Source: Eledone cirrhosa
Taxonomy: Eukaryota
DNA: 64,000 nucleotides
NCBI GenBank assembly: GCA_964016885.1
Contig: OZ024747.1
Coordinates: forward strand, 7,378,001 to 7,442,000
Reading direction: 5' to 3'
Shown: one piece after another, positions 29,230 through 42,866 of the stretch
How the letters are laid out: each line of letters begins with the position of its first letter
How positions within the stretch are numbered: position 1 is the first letter of the stretch
Notes under the pieces: generated by a model
The model's database searches: none
What the model was told of the DNA's origin: nothing
Seen by the model: the letters and a program-made list of their open reading frames with translations, nothing else
Program-made: the position numbers and the translations under genes

Positions 29230-29725
29230 ATATTTATATTTATATATATATTTATTTATATATATATTTATTTATATATATATTTATTTATATATATATT
29301 ATTTATATATATATTATTTATATATATATTATTTATATATATATATATTTATTTATATATATATATATTTATTTATATATATATATATTTATTTATATAT
29401 ATATATATTTATTTATATATATTTATTTATATATATTTATTTATATATATATATATATTTATTTATATATATATATTTATTTATATATATATATATATTT
29501 ATTTATATATATATATATATATTTATTTATATATATATATTTATTTATATATATATATATATATTTATTTATATATATATATTTATTTATATATATATAT
29601 ATATTTATTTATATATATATATATATTTATTTATATATATATATTTATTTATATATATATATATATTTATTTATATATATATATATATTTATTTATATAT
29701 ATATATTTATTTATATATATATATA

Positions 29726-29770
<45 letters not shown>

Positions 29771-29783
29771 TTATATATATATA

Positions 29784-29816
<33 letters not shown>

Positions 29817-29981
29817 TTATTTATTTATATATATATATATATTTATTTATTTATATATATATATATATTTATTTATTTATATATATATATATATTTATTT
29901 ATTTATATATATATATATTTATTTATTTATATATATATATATTTATTTATTTATATATATATATATTTATTTATATATATA
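25128..29981. repeat. Giant compound (TA)-based microsatellite, ~4.85 kb
   Basis: Successive domains TATATG, TATATATGTG, TATATATGTT/CTT and TATATATT(T), with a 55-bp non-TA island at ~27725. Confidence 0.97.
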
Positions 29982-30334
29982 ATCTTTTCATATGCTCCAT
30001 ATTCAATGTTTTTCTTCATGGATTCTTACACCAAAAACGACTTTCCTCCAGTCCCATAGTTCCTTGTTATTGTTGAATTAAGTTTGACATCCGTGGAAAT
30101 GTCACAGCTGTCTATTAATAATTTTTATAAACATTTACAATTAAAATGTTTTAATAAAAATGTTAAACTAAATATTTGTATTGTTGGAATTCTTATTTGA
30201 GAATAATGAAAAAAAAAGCTGATCATCAGATATACTTGAATAGCTTCACACACCCATATACCCACCTACCTAATCCCCACACCCTTCTCACCAGAGCCCC
30301 TTTGTTTTTTATAGAATACCAGCAGTCACCCATG

Positions 30335-30602
30335 CCTGTAGGTCTCTCCTCCTCATAAATGTTTTCATGCTCAGAGTTGCTGAAGCATGGAACAAACTAC
30401 CTGCATCAGTTGTTAGCTGTGACGACACTACATCCTGAAATTCGCCAACACTACACCTAATATTCCCTCCACACACACGCACGCATGTGTGTATGTCATG
30501 ACACACACACTGTTCACTTTCCTGACTTTTGTACTATACATGCACCTTTGATGAGTTGTAGTGTACCTCAACATTGTACACAATAATTTTCGTAATTATT
30601 AA
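30335..30602 (+). mobile_element. CR1-like LINE 3' end
   Basis: FMLRVAEAWNKLPASVVSCDDTTS matches the CR1/L2 C-terminal RV..WN.LP..VV motif. Confidence 0.7.
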
Positions 30603-30829
30603 TATTTGTCTTGGACAAATACAGATTGTCTTAATGTAAAGAGCTGTTATAGATACTGTAAGTCATCTTCCCTGATGCTCAAACATTTTTGTCAATCCTG
30701 ACCTGGTACTTTATCTATTGACCTTGAAAGGATGAAAGACAAAATTAACTTCAGTGGGATTTGAGCTCAGAGAACCAGACCAAACACTGCAAGGCATTCT
30801 ATCTGTGAATCATAATATAATGTATAAAC

Positions 30830-31108
30830 TGAACTCTGTTGGTAACGACGATGAGTGTTCCAGTTGATACGATCAATGGAACAGCCTGCAAGTGGCTGAA
30901 GATTCCACAGACATGTGTACCCTTAACGTACTTCTCAGGGAGATTCAGTGTGATAAGGCTAGCCCCTTGAATTACAGATAGTACAACTTATTTTTGCCAG
31001 CTGAATGGACTGGAGCAACATGAAATAAAATGTCCTGTTCAAGGACGCATCACATTGCCAGGAATTATGATTATGATCTGAATACCGTCACCACTAAGCT
31101 ATGCTTTA
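30830..31108 (-). mobile_element. tRNA/CORE SINE with a different (Nin-like) 3' domain
   Basis: CORE reverse complement cagctgaatggactggagcaac..tgaaataaaatgtc; 3' domain ttccagttgat..atcaatggaac also seen diverged at ~2445 and ~45665. Confidence 0.6.
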
Positions 31109-31113
31109 CACAC

Positions 31114-31160
<47 letters not shown>

Positions 31161-31245
31161 CAAAAGGTAAACAAATAACAAAGCAAATGACACAGTACAA
31201 TGAAGATATATGTTATTAATTTTACACTTGATATAGTAGGAAAAG

Positions 31246-31281
31246 TCTTAACGTTTCGGACGCTAGTCCTTCATCAGAAGA
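31246..31281 (-). ncRNA. Minimal type I hammerhead ribozyme (Penelope-like element type)
   Basis: Minus strand UCUU-CUGAUGA-A-GGAC(UAGC)GUCC-GAAAC-GUU-AAGA: intact core, 4-bp stems I and II, palindromic AACGUU stem III as in dimeric PLE hammerheads. Confidence 0.75.
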
Positions 31282-33291
31282 TATATATATATATATGGAG
31301 CATTCAACTATGAAGGAGATGCTCCAGCATGGCCTTGGCCATAATGAACTAAAGAACTATAGATACACACACAATATATTCATAGCAATCTTATACTTCT
31401 CAGCTAAAAATGTTTTCAGGAGAGATAATGTACAAATGCACCGATGAAGTTTGGGACATGAGTTTTTTCAAAGCTCTATCACAAACTGTTGAATTACATG
31501 AAGCACTGAAAAGGGAAAATTGTTATCTTGTCATCTCAATCTGGAAGGTCTGCAAAGATCATGTGCAATGCCGCATCTCTTCTCACTAATTTAGATTAAA
31601 ACAAAAACATATTTAAATAAAATATTTAAACAAAAGAATTTCATTCTCAGTTTTATTCTGTTTTAGAGCTTGTAGTTTAAGTAACATAATAGATATTAGT
31701 GAAACATTATCTTCACTAATATAACTTAGAACTACATACAAGACCATTCCTTCACATTTACAGACACATATATTCATACATTCACACACCCACATAAATA
31801 ACTGTTAAAACAGTTATATGGAATAACATAGCTTTACTGTTATCAGCCTGGAATATATTTACTGAAATCAGAAAAAAAGCATGAGTGCGCACATACTATA
31901 TATGCATACATATCATTGCATCTAAGTATGGCTAGAACATAGCAATATTGATTGCTTTTGACAAGGCAGAGGACCAAATGTTTTATTTGTGTAGAGGAAA
32001 TGAATTGATTGCTGTATATTACTGGTACTTATTTTATCAACCCAAATGGAAATTCAACTGAAAACAGTGAGATAAAACCTCCAGTTTGACATTCTTGTGT
32101 CAGCCATCTCCATCATTCTCTGGGAATAGTACAATGAAAGCACCAGAGTCATAAATTCTAAGAATTACTACCAAAAGCAAATAAAGAGCCAACCACACCA
32201 AAGAAATATTTAAGAGTCATCAATACTACCAGATTTACTATGAATTTAATACAAACTCTTCACAGATATCTTCACTTTACCACAAATATACAGAATCTAT
32301 TTATTTTCTCCCTGTGGTGCACTGCTAAAAAATATACAACCACCAAACTAGTCATTAAAATATTAATAATAGATTCTCTTTGATACCATGTTAAACGAAG
32401 AAAGCTTCATTAAGTTTCAAATCTCACAAAATGTGTATTTCTCTCAACAATATTCATTATTCGTAGTATGTATCTCTTTTAATGAACACTAAAGATTTTT
32501 TTAATCATTGGCCAACAGCTTTTATTGTTGTTGCTGTTGTTGCTTTCTTTTAAAGTTTTCATTGTTATTTAAAAAAATACAAAATAACAATATAAAGCCA
32601 ACTATTAATTACAGGACATCTTGTAGAAAGATGAACATGATTCATACGTATTCATTCCCTAAAATTCTACCTTTGGTTGGTATATCATCTTGGAAGAATT
32701 TCATTGAATACAGGTATACCTCACCCTACATCGTTAATTGGTTTCAGAAGTTAAGACTTAAATCGAAAAACGATGAACGTTGAATTAACCCCTCTACAAA
32801 CTGTTTAATAGGCATTTCTTATATTACTATATGCTGTATATTTTAACATTTATTTAAATGTGATTTACCATAAATATACCCATGTTAGCATGGAAAAATG
32901 GACGTTAAATGGTGATGATGATTGGGTTGTTTTTTTAGCGTTTTTATGGTTTAATATTTTTGGTAGACCGACATAAAGTTCAGTCAATCGACATAACACA
33001 AGGTTTATTTTTGCCGTATAAGAAAAACCAACGTAACTTCGAAAATGATGAAACTTGAAATAATATAAGTCTAGGTATACCTGTATAAAGTTTGAGAGAT
33101 GTTTTTGATAGCCTAATATAATCTGTATATATTGTCACAGAATATAATCTCACGTTAATCTTTTCTCAAAAAGACAAACAAAAAAAATTAAATATTTTGG
33201 TGTTGGACAGGATCCTTAATATGTTGTCAATATATTTGTATCTTTCCATGTACACTATGAATTTTTGAAATTTTGATTTTTTTTTCATCTA

Positions 33292-33846
33292 TTAAAATAT
33301 TTCTTTCCATACTTCTAAATTTGTTTTATTTGTGTGAGAATTCATGTGGATTTGTAAAGATTTGTCTTCTGAGAACTCACTCCTACATATCAAGCAGTAG
33401 AACTGTTTATTTTCTGAACTTGTCTTGCTGGACAGCTTTGTTGGTTTGTCTTTTCTTGGACTTTCAGGAAGATCACAGTCAGTTACAGCCTTTTTCATGT
33501 GCATGAAAACATGTGAGTCTAACTGTGACTTTTTAGAAAATTTCTTTTCACAAAAGTGACATTGATAGGGTCTCTCTCCAGTATGTATTCGTTTGTGAAT
33601 TTTGCAGCTGTAATTCTGGGAAAAACATTTCTTACATATATCACACTGGAATGGCCTCTCACCAGTGTGAGTTCGCATGTGTATTTTAAGGCTGTAGTTC
33701 TGTGAAAAGCTCTTTCCACAGGTTGAACAATGGTATGGAGTCTCTCCTGTGTGTGTTCGTATGTGTCTTTTAAGGCTGCTGGCTTCACTCAAATTCAGTC
33801 CACAAACTTCACAGAAGTTCTTAATTTCTTTTGAAGAATCCATCAT
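33292..33846 (-). CDS. C2H2 zinc-finger protein, 5 fingers (4 tandem + 1 isolated), 184 aa
   Basis: CxxC..HxxxH repeats with TGETP/TGERP linkers. Candidate upstream non-coding exon donor AG|GTAAGT at 35365 and acceptor at 34118 (minus strand). Confidence 0.88.
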   Translation of the reverse strand: MMDSSKEIKNFCEVCGLNLSEASSLKRHIRTHTGETPYHCSTCGKSFSQNYSLKIHMRTHTGERPFQCDICKKCFSQNYSCKIHKRIHTGERPYQCHFCEKKFSKKSQLDSHVFMHMKKAVTDCDLPESPRKDKPTKLSSKTSSENKQFYCLICRSEFSEDKSLQIHMNSHTNKTNLEVWKEIF

Positions 33847-35364
33847 CCTGGGTTGGGCTGAAGCTATAAAATATCACAATCTTTAATATGATCTGATACA
33901 CTGGACTTGTTGCTGAAGATAGAGGCAAGAATATACAACTAAACAAACTCAAGCTATCTTTAATTGGTCCTTGCTTCAGGAGGTTTTTTGTTTGATTTAT
34001 GCTCCATCATAGCTTTAATGGTTTTTCAAATTTCAATATAGATTCAATTGTTGATTTATAGATTGCTGAGTTAGATGAACATTTCATGATGTAAGACTAG
34101 AAGTAAACAATGTAAAACCTGAAAGTAAATTATATAATACAGAATTAACAAATAATATAAATGGATTGATTTATAATTCGACACTACCACTATGATGATC
34201 ATCACCATCATTCAAATACACAAGATTTAAGAAATAAAATAAAAGAGCCTCTACAGGGTCACCCAACATGCTAGAAATAGCAGCCAAATCTCGCCATGAT
34301 TAAAAAAAACACCCAGTACACTTAGTAAATGTGGTTAGCATCCAGCTGAAGAAACTGATTTGGGCTTGGTTTCTACACCTGGATGCCCTTCCTAAGCCCA
34401 ACCAAATTTAGAGTGAGTACTGGGTGCTTTTTGTCATGACACCTACACGACCACTTTACAGTGTGAACTGGGCGCTTTTTGAATGTCACCATCACGACCA
34501 CTTTACAGTGTCGACTGGGCGCTTTTTGTCGTGTTGCCATCACTACTATATAAAAAAGAATTGTTGAGAAAATCAGGTAAAGGCTGAAAAAAGTGGACAG
34601 AGACACCTGCAAAAAATTGAACCTCACATCTCTTGGGTGCCAGCAAGTGCACTAACCTGTATGCTAAAGAACTGCTGGCCATAATGCCGTAGTTTTAGAA
34701 GATGTTAAGCCTGTAGCTAAAAGTCTAGATAACGGCTGAATTAAGAGGCATTAGGAAAATTTAATGTAAATAACTAAAATAATGGTTTCTGATTTAGCCA
34801 ACAATTTTCGGGGAGAGGAACGTCAATTAAATAGACCCCAGTGCATTACAAAATCGAACTTTTCTGTTAGAAACTTTCTTCGAGAAAAAAAGACCTCATA
34901 CCCTCTCCACACCACTTTGGGAAATTATGAACCAAAATCGTGAGCAAATGGGGATTAAGCCTTCAAGGGGTCGCTTGAACAGCTAGAATAGCAGCCAAAG
35001 ATCCTTTAGACCAGGAGCGGCCAGCACACAGGTTTTTACAGCATGAGTATGGTTTATCTTCGTAGAATTAGTTGTCGTGTGTGGCCCTCAGACAACACAT
35101 ATGGTACCAACTGGCCTTAAACAACACCTTACTATCTTTAAAAGTGGAATTATATATAGGATCACGTATTCCTCAACACCGTGTCTGAAAAGAAATGTGA
35201 TGGTCACAAGTTGGAATGTCTTTAATTCAGAGATTTGCAATTTAATTCATCCAACCAAGAAATAGTGACATCAATGTTTACATTAAATTGCGATAATGAT
35301 CGGTGATGCGTTATACCTGCACGTTACAAATCTTTGAGATGGGAATAAGCTTTGTTTTACTTAC

Positions 35365-36800
35365 CTAAAATGAAAAACCTTTAACTACATACTAATACAC
35401 ACACACAAATCAAAACAGGTTTTTCGTAATAAAAAAAAAGTTAGCGCTCTTTTTAATTATTTATTTTGATTAGATACAAAGCTAGGCGGGGATAAGCGGT
35501 AGAATTAATTTACTTTAATACTGGTAATGATTTTATCACACTACACCCACTGAAGTTAATATAAGAGGAGTGGGTCCCTCCAGTCCCAGTTCTATTAAAT
35601 TCAAAACAAAAATATCGACCCAGATGCAACGCATCAGGTACAATACTGTAACTCACCCAGGTTCAGATCCATCAATATTAAAATACATATAAATATATAT
35701 ATTATACATTTTAATTATATGTAAACAAAACATAAAGAAAGTAACAGCAACAGTGTAAAACAAATGAACTGGATTTATAAACGAACAAATCTAATTTTGT
35801 AAAATGTTCGGTGAAAATTCATATATCAATTAAAGAAAAGACGGGTAAAGACGTGAACTAACCTACAAGAACCTGTTAATCTGTTGACGCTTTGGAACAT
35901 CAAGAAAAGGAGCAAAATTCTGGTGTTGCAGAATGACGATACGAAACGACTAATAAGCTAATAAGTTTCGTCAACAATAAGAAGTAAAACTACTTTAGTT
36001 CTAATATTGTATTATAATTGAATTTAATAATTTTGGGAAACAGGTGTTGATCTGGTGAGAAGATGTTTATTATTAAAGAACATAGTAATTGGGATGATCA
36101 ACCGTAGTTTCGTAAATCATAAATATAAGTTATTATGTGTAAGTTTTTTTTTTATTATTATAGGGTCATATAAACAATATTAAACCATTATCAAGGGTTG
36201 ATTATTTTATTAACCCTGGAAAAGTCAAATTCAAAGTCGACCTCGGCGGGATTTGAACTCGAAATAAAAAGGGACGCAACTAAGGTTGACCGACTTTCTA
36301 CGACTTTATAAACACTGGATTTATGTTGATATATTTCATGTTATATAAGAAAATCGGTTCAGTTGTGATTGAACAGTAGAAACAAATAACTGCATCGATT
36401 AGCTATTATTGTTGAGTAGTTCGCGCCTGTTGTCATCCCAGGTCATCTCTGTATCGAGCTAGATCAAAAGCATTCCAGTTGTCTATCAGGGTTAACCAGT
36501 ATTGCATTAAGACAAATTTCTAGCTAGACTAGCGCGATTTGAGAGTGATGGTTCATCAAACGAAATATACGAGCAGTTTCTTAGATGTGGCCACATCTGA
36601 CACGCTGAAGGCAACAAGAAATTTCCATTTTAAAGCCGAAACTGCAAACTGATTTTCTTTTTTTTATTTTGATGCATTTTGTGAACAATAATGTTGCTGA
36701 TTGTGTTTCCGAAGAGCAAATAATTGGTTCACTGCATTTTTGTTAAGTGGAGTAATAAGAGAATATTTATGTAACTCGGACGGAATAAGTACTACAAGGT
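35365..36800. promoter_or_regulatory. Putative bidirectional promoter/first-exon region between divergent ZNF genes
   Basis: Head-to-head gene orientation. Minus-strand donors at 35365 (AG|GTAAGT) and 35657 (GG|GTGAGT), plus-strand donor at 36798 (AAG|GTATTT). More CpGs than the flanks by eye. Confidence 0.35.
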
Positions 36801-38290
36801 ATTTCTGTTCGATGCACCGGTTTATTTAAGACGAAAACAATAATATTGATATTGTGGAAGTGTAAAGTTGTAAACATACTCGACATATTCTCATTAACGT
36901 GTCTGTCTTTTGACGATATACACATACATGATCTTGCTTGTTAAATTATATGATTGGCAATTAAAGCAGAGGTCGGGAACATATGGGCCGCGACCCATAA
37001 AAGGGACAGACGAGTTCGCTGTGGGCCTCGGACTTTTTAAAGTTTGTATAAGTAAAAATACGATATACTATACATGTTAACCATGGGCAAAACTTTGAGA
37101 AATCTAAAGTGGGCCATTACAAAAGAAGTCGCTCATCTCTGAATTAAAGTACTATAATTAACCTCGTGTTTTTGTTGTTTTTCTTTTCAGTTTCCTTCTC
37201 GTATATTCGGTTTGATTATGTAGAATCAATACAAAATTATTCCCCTAAGCCAATTAGAATACCCGAGGAAAATATTCGATATAATACTAATCCCCCCCTC
37301 CCCCCGCTACAAAATCATCACTGAAATATGGTATCGGTTAGTCACTCCTAAAACGTCTGTCAGCCATGACACGTGGAGTTGCGGCCTATTCGGCTTTTGT
37401 CATGTTTATTGACATTTATAGCTCCGATAGACTGGAAATGTCGAAGGGAAGACACACCAACAGATACAGCAATCATATGTTACTGATTTGATGAGTATAT
37501 TTGAAAAGAAGAAAAAGGTTGTAAATTTTGTTATTTTAACATTTGTTACATAGTTTGTATTAACAAGCGGCAATGCCGTATTTTTTTAAAGGACATCTGA
37601 GACAATGTAATGCAAAAAGACGCTATAGTCATGGTTGGAATGCTTCTGATCGTGATTTTTCTCAGTCAGGGCTGACCTGGTACTAAATAACAATAGCACC
37701 TTACTGATGAGCCAACTGATGGTCGCTCGATTTGCTAGAAATAGCAGCTAAATTCTCTCAAATCAAAATGTATCGTCTTAAAAGAATACGTTGCTTTGTA
37801 TTCTGTTTTAATTCCATTCATATCTAGGATCCCTTGTAGGGATATAAATCGACCCCAATATTTGACTGGATAATGTTGTGATATACAAAAAGAATAATTC
37901 CGGTCGGAATGTCTTTGATTATAAGTCATCTCGATCAGGCCTGATTCAGTGTTGTCGAGTAGCTTGGGTTTCCTCTCCCTCTCCTACGAAAAACAACATA
38001 ATACACATCTAACATATTTATAGAAAATGTTAAGCCCGCCTGTCTCTCCCTCTAAATACACTGTTGTCAGTGAGCTCCTTGGGCCATAGAGTTTACTTCG
38101 GAGTGTCCTTCTCCTAGGCAGTTGTCAAACAAGGCAAAGGTATCTGCCTCTCCTGAGAAGCTGCTATGAATATGTGTGTGTGTGTATATATATATATGGG
38201 TTTTTACATACATACGTGTGTGTATATGTATTTAAAAACTTGTTTTATTTTATTTTTAGTTGAAAGCTTCTTCTCAAAAGCAATTCAGCA

Positions 38291-39343
38291 ATGTTTTCTT
38301 GTGAGATAACCAAGAAGAAAAAAGCAGAATCTACCAGGAAGAATTATCAGTGTAAGGTTTGCAGCAAGACTTTTAAATGTTCTGCTAAACTCGTCATTCA
38401 CGAAAGAATTCATACAGGAGAAAGACCTTTTCAGTGTGATATTTGTGGCAAGAAATTTATCACAAAATATTATCTTAAGGATCACATTCGAATTCACACA
38501 GGTGAAAAGCCATACATATGTATGTATTGTGGTAAGGCATTTTCTGTGAAGAGCAACCTAACAAAACATAACCTCACACACACTGGAGAGAAACCTTATC
38601 ATTGTGAAATATGTGGCAAAAGTTATACATGTAGTAATCATATAGTTGAACATAAAAGAACACACACTGGTGAGAAACCATACAGTTGTGATTATTGTGG
38701 TAAGAAATTTTCTCAAAACTGTAATCTGAATATACATAAACGTACACACACTGGTGAGAGACCATATCATTGTGAATATTGTGGTAAAAAATTTGTTCAA
38801 CAAAAAGATTTAACTGGACACAGATATACACATACTGGAGAAAAACCTTTTAGTTGTATCTACTGTGGAACAGCATTTGCTGATAGAAGTTGTTTGAAAA
38901 AGCATATACGAATTCACACTGGGGAAAGGCTTTACCACTGTGAAGTTTGTGGCAAAAGCTTTATGATAAATTATGCATTGAAGGTTCATAAAAGGATACA
39001 CACTGGAGAGAAACCCTTCTCCTGTGAAGAATGTGGCAAGACATTTTCACGTAAAGATCAATTGATAGCACACAAAATTTTGCACACTGGTAAAAAACCT
39101 TTTTCTTGTGATTTTTGTGGTAAGACTTTTACATATCATAGCTCCTTGATCAAACACAGACACACACATTCAGGTGAAAAACCATTCCACTGTGAATATT
39201 GTGGTAAAGCTTTTATGACTAACTGTGCACTAAAACAGCACAAACGAACACACACAGGTGAAAAACCTTATCAGTGCAAACACTGCACTATGGTATTTGC
39301 ACATAACAGTGCACTGAGCAGACACAAACAAATACATCAATGA
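38291..39343 (+). CDS. C2H2 zinc-finger protein, 12 tandem fingers, 350 aa
   Basis: Twelve fingers with TGEKP-type linkers. Acceptor ttttag| at 38259, in-frame TGA upstream of the ATG, AATAAA at 39352. Confidence 0.93.
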   Translation: MFSCEITKKKKAESTRKNYQCKVCSKTFKCSAKLVIHERIHTGERPFQCDICGKKFITKYYLKDHIRIHTGEKPYICMYCGKAFSVKSNLTKHNLTHTGEKPYHCEICGKSYTCSNHIVEHKRTHTGEKPYSCDYCGKKFSQNCNLNIHKRTHTGERPYHCEYCGKKFVQQKDLTGHRYTHTGEKPFSCIYCGTAFADRSCLKKHIRIHTGERLYHCEVCGKSFMINYALKVHKRIHTGEKPFSCEECGKTFSRKDQLIAHKILHTGKKPFSCDFCGKTFTYHSSLIKHRHTHSGEKPFHCEYCGKAFMTNCALKQHKRTHTGEKPYQCKHCTMVFAHNSALSRHKQIHQ

Positions 39344-40439
39344 ATGTAGCCAATAAAAATGTTGATGAGAGATATTATTGCTCACCTTTGCAGTTGAGGA
39401 TGGAAATTTTGATTGTAATTTCTGTTAAACTCTTGGTCAACGTAGAATCTGAGAAAGGGTGGAAAATTTAGTTGAAATATATTTATGCTTTCTTTTTCTA
39501 GAAACTTCTTCCAAGTCCTTGGTTCTAGGTTTAGAGCTTATTATGACCAACTAACAGCAATAGATTATTAGTATTGAAGATCTGTAGGGGGCACGTATAC
39601 TGGCCAAGCTATGGCTGCTCCTTAAAAGAATCATCATTTTTAACATTCACACATCTAATTCTAAATATTTAATCTACAGTATACTTGTAATAACTTATCT
39701 TTTTAGTTGTGTCTCATCTATAGGGGTCATATATCCATGAGACCGCAGACACTGGCCATATTCAAAATCGATCAATATTTTATACATACATGTATAATTT
39801 ATATATATATCTTTTTGGACGCATTGCTCACGTTTTAGTGTTCAGAAGTTGGTCTCCAAAATATATTATTGTGTAGACAGATGAAAGCATTCAGTATATG
39901 TCAGACAGACAATCACTGGTTCTTTATAATGTAAATTATACAATAAATCAGTCTTCCTTAAATATACTTTTCTGTAATTTTGTTTTAAATCTTAATAAAT
40001 CAGAGTAATAACATTCCACCATAGTCAATTTTTAAATACAATAAAAATTTCTTGACGTATATGCTGACTTTCTTCTTTTTCTTCAACCCCTGAGTTCATT
40101 TCAACTTGTTGGCATTGTACTTTTACAGCTACATCGCAGCAAACATCTTTGTAGTTCAAGTTACAGTAACTATACGTTTTTAAAAGAACAAACAAAATAA
40201 CAATGTAAAAACAGGAGGAGCCAAACCATGGTCACTTGACCTGCTAAAATTATTTACCAAATTACACCTTACTGCCTTAAAAGGGAATGGATATATATAT
40301 AAGGATACACTGCACCTTAAAAAAAGACAGGATGATATTGGCTTGAATGCCTTTGTTAATAGGGGCTTCTTACTGTTTTACTTTCATATTTATATGGATA
40401 GGATGGTTTATTGGTCATGTGGTTAGAATATCTCAGAAT

Positions 40440-40657
40440 TGCTGGGCAGATTTTACAGGCAAAACCAACAGGCAGGAGACCCAGGGGTAGACCCCAAGGA
40501 AGATGGTTGGATAACATCTGAGCTTGAGTGGTCTCACTTGGGTATCCAGCCAGATCAGTTGGAGACGGTTGTTTCTGACAGGACCCTCTGGAAGGAGTGT
40601 TTGAGGACTTCCCCCACGACCTTCTCAGGAATAAGTGGGCGAAGTAGAAGGGATGGT
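40440..40657 (+). mobile_element. RTE (Expander/Rex3-like) LINE 3' end, frameshifted
   Basis: GRRPRGRPQGRWLDNI/SELEWSHLGIQPDQLETVVSDRTLWKECL. Confidence 0.7.
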
Positions 40658-40999
40658 TTATTGGTTAGAAAAATATGTCTTATTACACCTAGTTTCTTTT
40701 CTTAATGCTAACCACACCAATAATTACAGCGGATTAGCAACTGGCACACACTAACCAAGTCCACCTCACCAACATATGATGTGCCCATCACAAGGATCTA
40801 TAAGGTATACAGAGAGGAAAGAGGACGTTGAGACTGTCACATAACAGCATGTTAAAACGGAGTATATACTATCGTCTTCAGCTAAGCAGATTGAAAAAAC
40901 TGATTTGAGTCACAGCTAGTTGTAGGGTTGATTATCTGGATGATATTGTATTATTACTTGACCAGAGCTGACCTTAGGCTACAGAACAACCATACAGTT

Positions 41000-41692
41000 G
41001 TGGTTATTGGCAGTATCGTTAGAGGGTCGGACGCCATGCTTTGACGCATAGAGTTACGGCCCTTGACATTCTGAGTTCAAATCCCGCCGAGGTTAACTTT
41101 GCTTTTCATCCTTACGGGGTCGATAAAATAAAGTACCAGTAATACACTGGGTAATTGATGGCCTTGTGCCAAACGTAGAAACAATTATTATTATTTATAA
41201 TTTTGACGCATAGAGTTACGTCCCTTGCCATTCTGAGTTCAAATCTCGCCGAGGTTAACTTTGCCTTTCATCCTTACGAGGTCGATAAAATAAAGTACCA
41301 GTAATACACTGGGTAATTGCTGGCTTTGTGCCAAAAAGTAGAAACAATTATTATTAATAATTTGATATCTCTAAAGGGCTTTGAATTGGCAGTATTGGTA
41401 GAGTTTTGGGCAATATGCTTCGCGGCAGAGTTGCGACCCTTTAAGTTCTGAGTTCAAATCCCGTTGAGGTTAGCTTTGCCTTTCATCCTTATGGAGATAA
41501 AATGAAGCACCAGTAACGTACTGAGGTCGAATTAATCGACTTTGCCCTCCCCCCAAATTGCTGGCCTTGTGCCTATAGTAGAAATCATTATTAAACTTTG
41601 CCTTTCATCCTTACGGGGTTCGATAAAATAAAGTACCAGTAATGCACTAGGTTATTGCTGGCCTTGTGCCAAAAATAGAAACAATTATTATA
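41000..41692 (+). mobile_element. Tandem run of four SINE family B copies
   Basis: Core repeated near 41075, 41235, 41450 and 41595; each ends gtagaaacaattatta or similar. Confidence 0.85.
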
Positions 41693-42159
41693 TTGAATGC
41701 TTGAACAGAAGCAACTTGGAACACTGTGACTTTTTTTTCCTGCTTTTTGTGACTTTTCCACGTATTTTAGAGATATCCGGCCGGCTATTATTTACAGTTG
41801 TATAAATAGCATTACACATTGTTTTTAATTCTTACAGAAGAAAAATATAAACACATATAATAAATACAATTAATTATTGCTAGGAATCTCACAAATATAA
41901 TGAACAAAAATATATGATCAAAGCGAGAGAGAAAAAAAAAAAAAAAACCATCCATTGACCACCAAGTCCGATAATCGGCCTCATAACACAAGGGTCAACG
42001 GTGTATTTTCTATTCTCGTAACGGCACCATTTCCGGTGGTGACAAATGTTCAAAAACTTGCCAAAAAGATTTTTTCTTTCAAAATAAAAATAATATTTGG
42101 TTAAAGACGTATGCTTTCTACAAGGAATAAATGCGAAACTAAATTATATATTACAATTT

Positions 42160-42582
42160 TAGCCTGTTGTTTAAATAAAACAGAACATGTTATAGAACAT
42201 AACACAGTGACCTCCCTTGTCAACATCCGCTCTAACAATTCAATATATTTGACACAACAAACAATCACATGTATGGTTGAATTTCAATAAGTCTTATCAG
42301 GTTTTTATAATCTTTTTCTGTTTATTTACCTTAACAGACAAGAAAAAATCTGCATCCAATTCAACTCAGTTCAAAAGATTGTAAATAACATAAATGTCGA
42401 ATTTGTATCTGTTTACTTTTCAATGCTAATTTCGTTGTATCATTTAAAATTGTATCCATTCATCTTACATGTTATGATATCATAAACAAAGAAATAGGAC
42501 CACATGTTATATACTTGTAAATATTGTTCTAGCTTGATTCTGACACAATTGTTTGTCATATTGAACATTATATACAGATCTT
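42160..42582 (+). repeat. ~420-bp duplicated block upstream of the ZNF at 42867; partner at 48831..49248
   Basis: Near-identical from ttagcctgt..cagaacatgttatagaac to tatacagatcttt. Confidence 0.9.
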
Positions 42583-42866
42583 TTGTCAAGACCTATGGAA
42601 CTTGTTTCTAATTGATGTAGACCTTGCATAAAGGTATGTTTGATACCAATAAAATCAATTTTATTGTAGATTAATTGCAAGAAGGTCTATTTTCAGGTAT
42701 ATCTTTATCAGCTACTAGAGGCCCTGTTTCTGTAAAGTATACAGTAAAAGAAAGCATACATTTTTTACAATATTTTTCATAAAACAAACATCCACATTAA
42801 GAAAAGTCATTATATTGATGAAGTAAAGATTATTTTATGTTTTGGGGAAAATATATTTAAAACAAA

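Noticed and set aside
24773-30076. ORFs of 683-1077 aa (YI/YM/CV repeats)
   Set aside because: Translations of TA/TG microsatellite that lacks stop codons; no coding signal.
38285-39001. Antisense ORFs over ZNF genes
   Set aside because: Shadow frames of repetitive zinc-finger codons.
42468-42548. Possible C/D snoRNA in the duplicated block (TTATGATA..CTGA)
   Set aside because: The C box lacks the RUGAUGA consensus needed for the kink-turn, and the terminal stem is weak.
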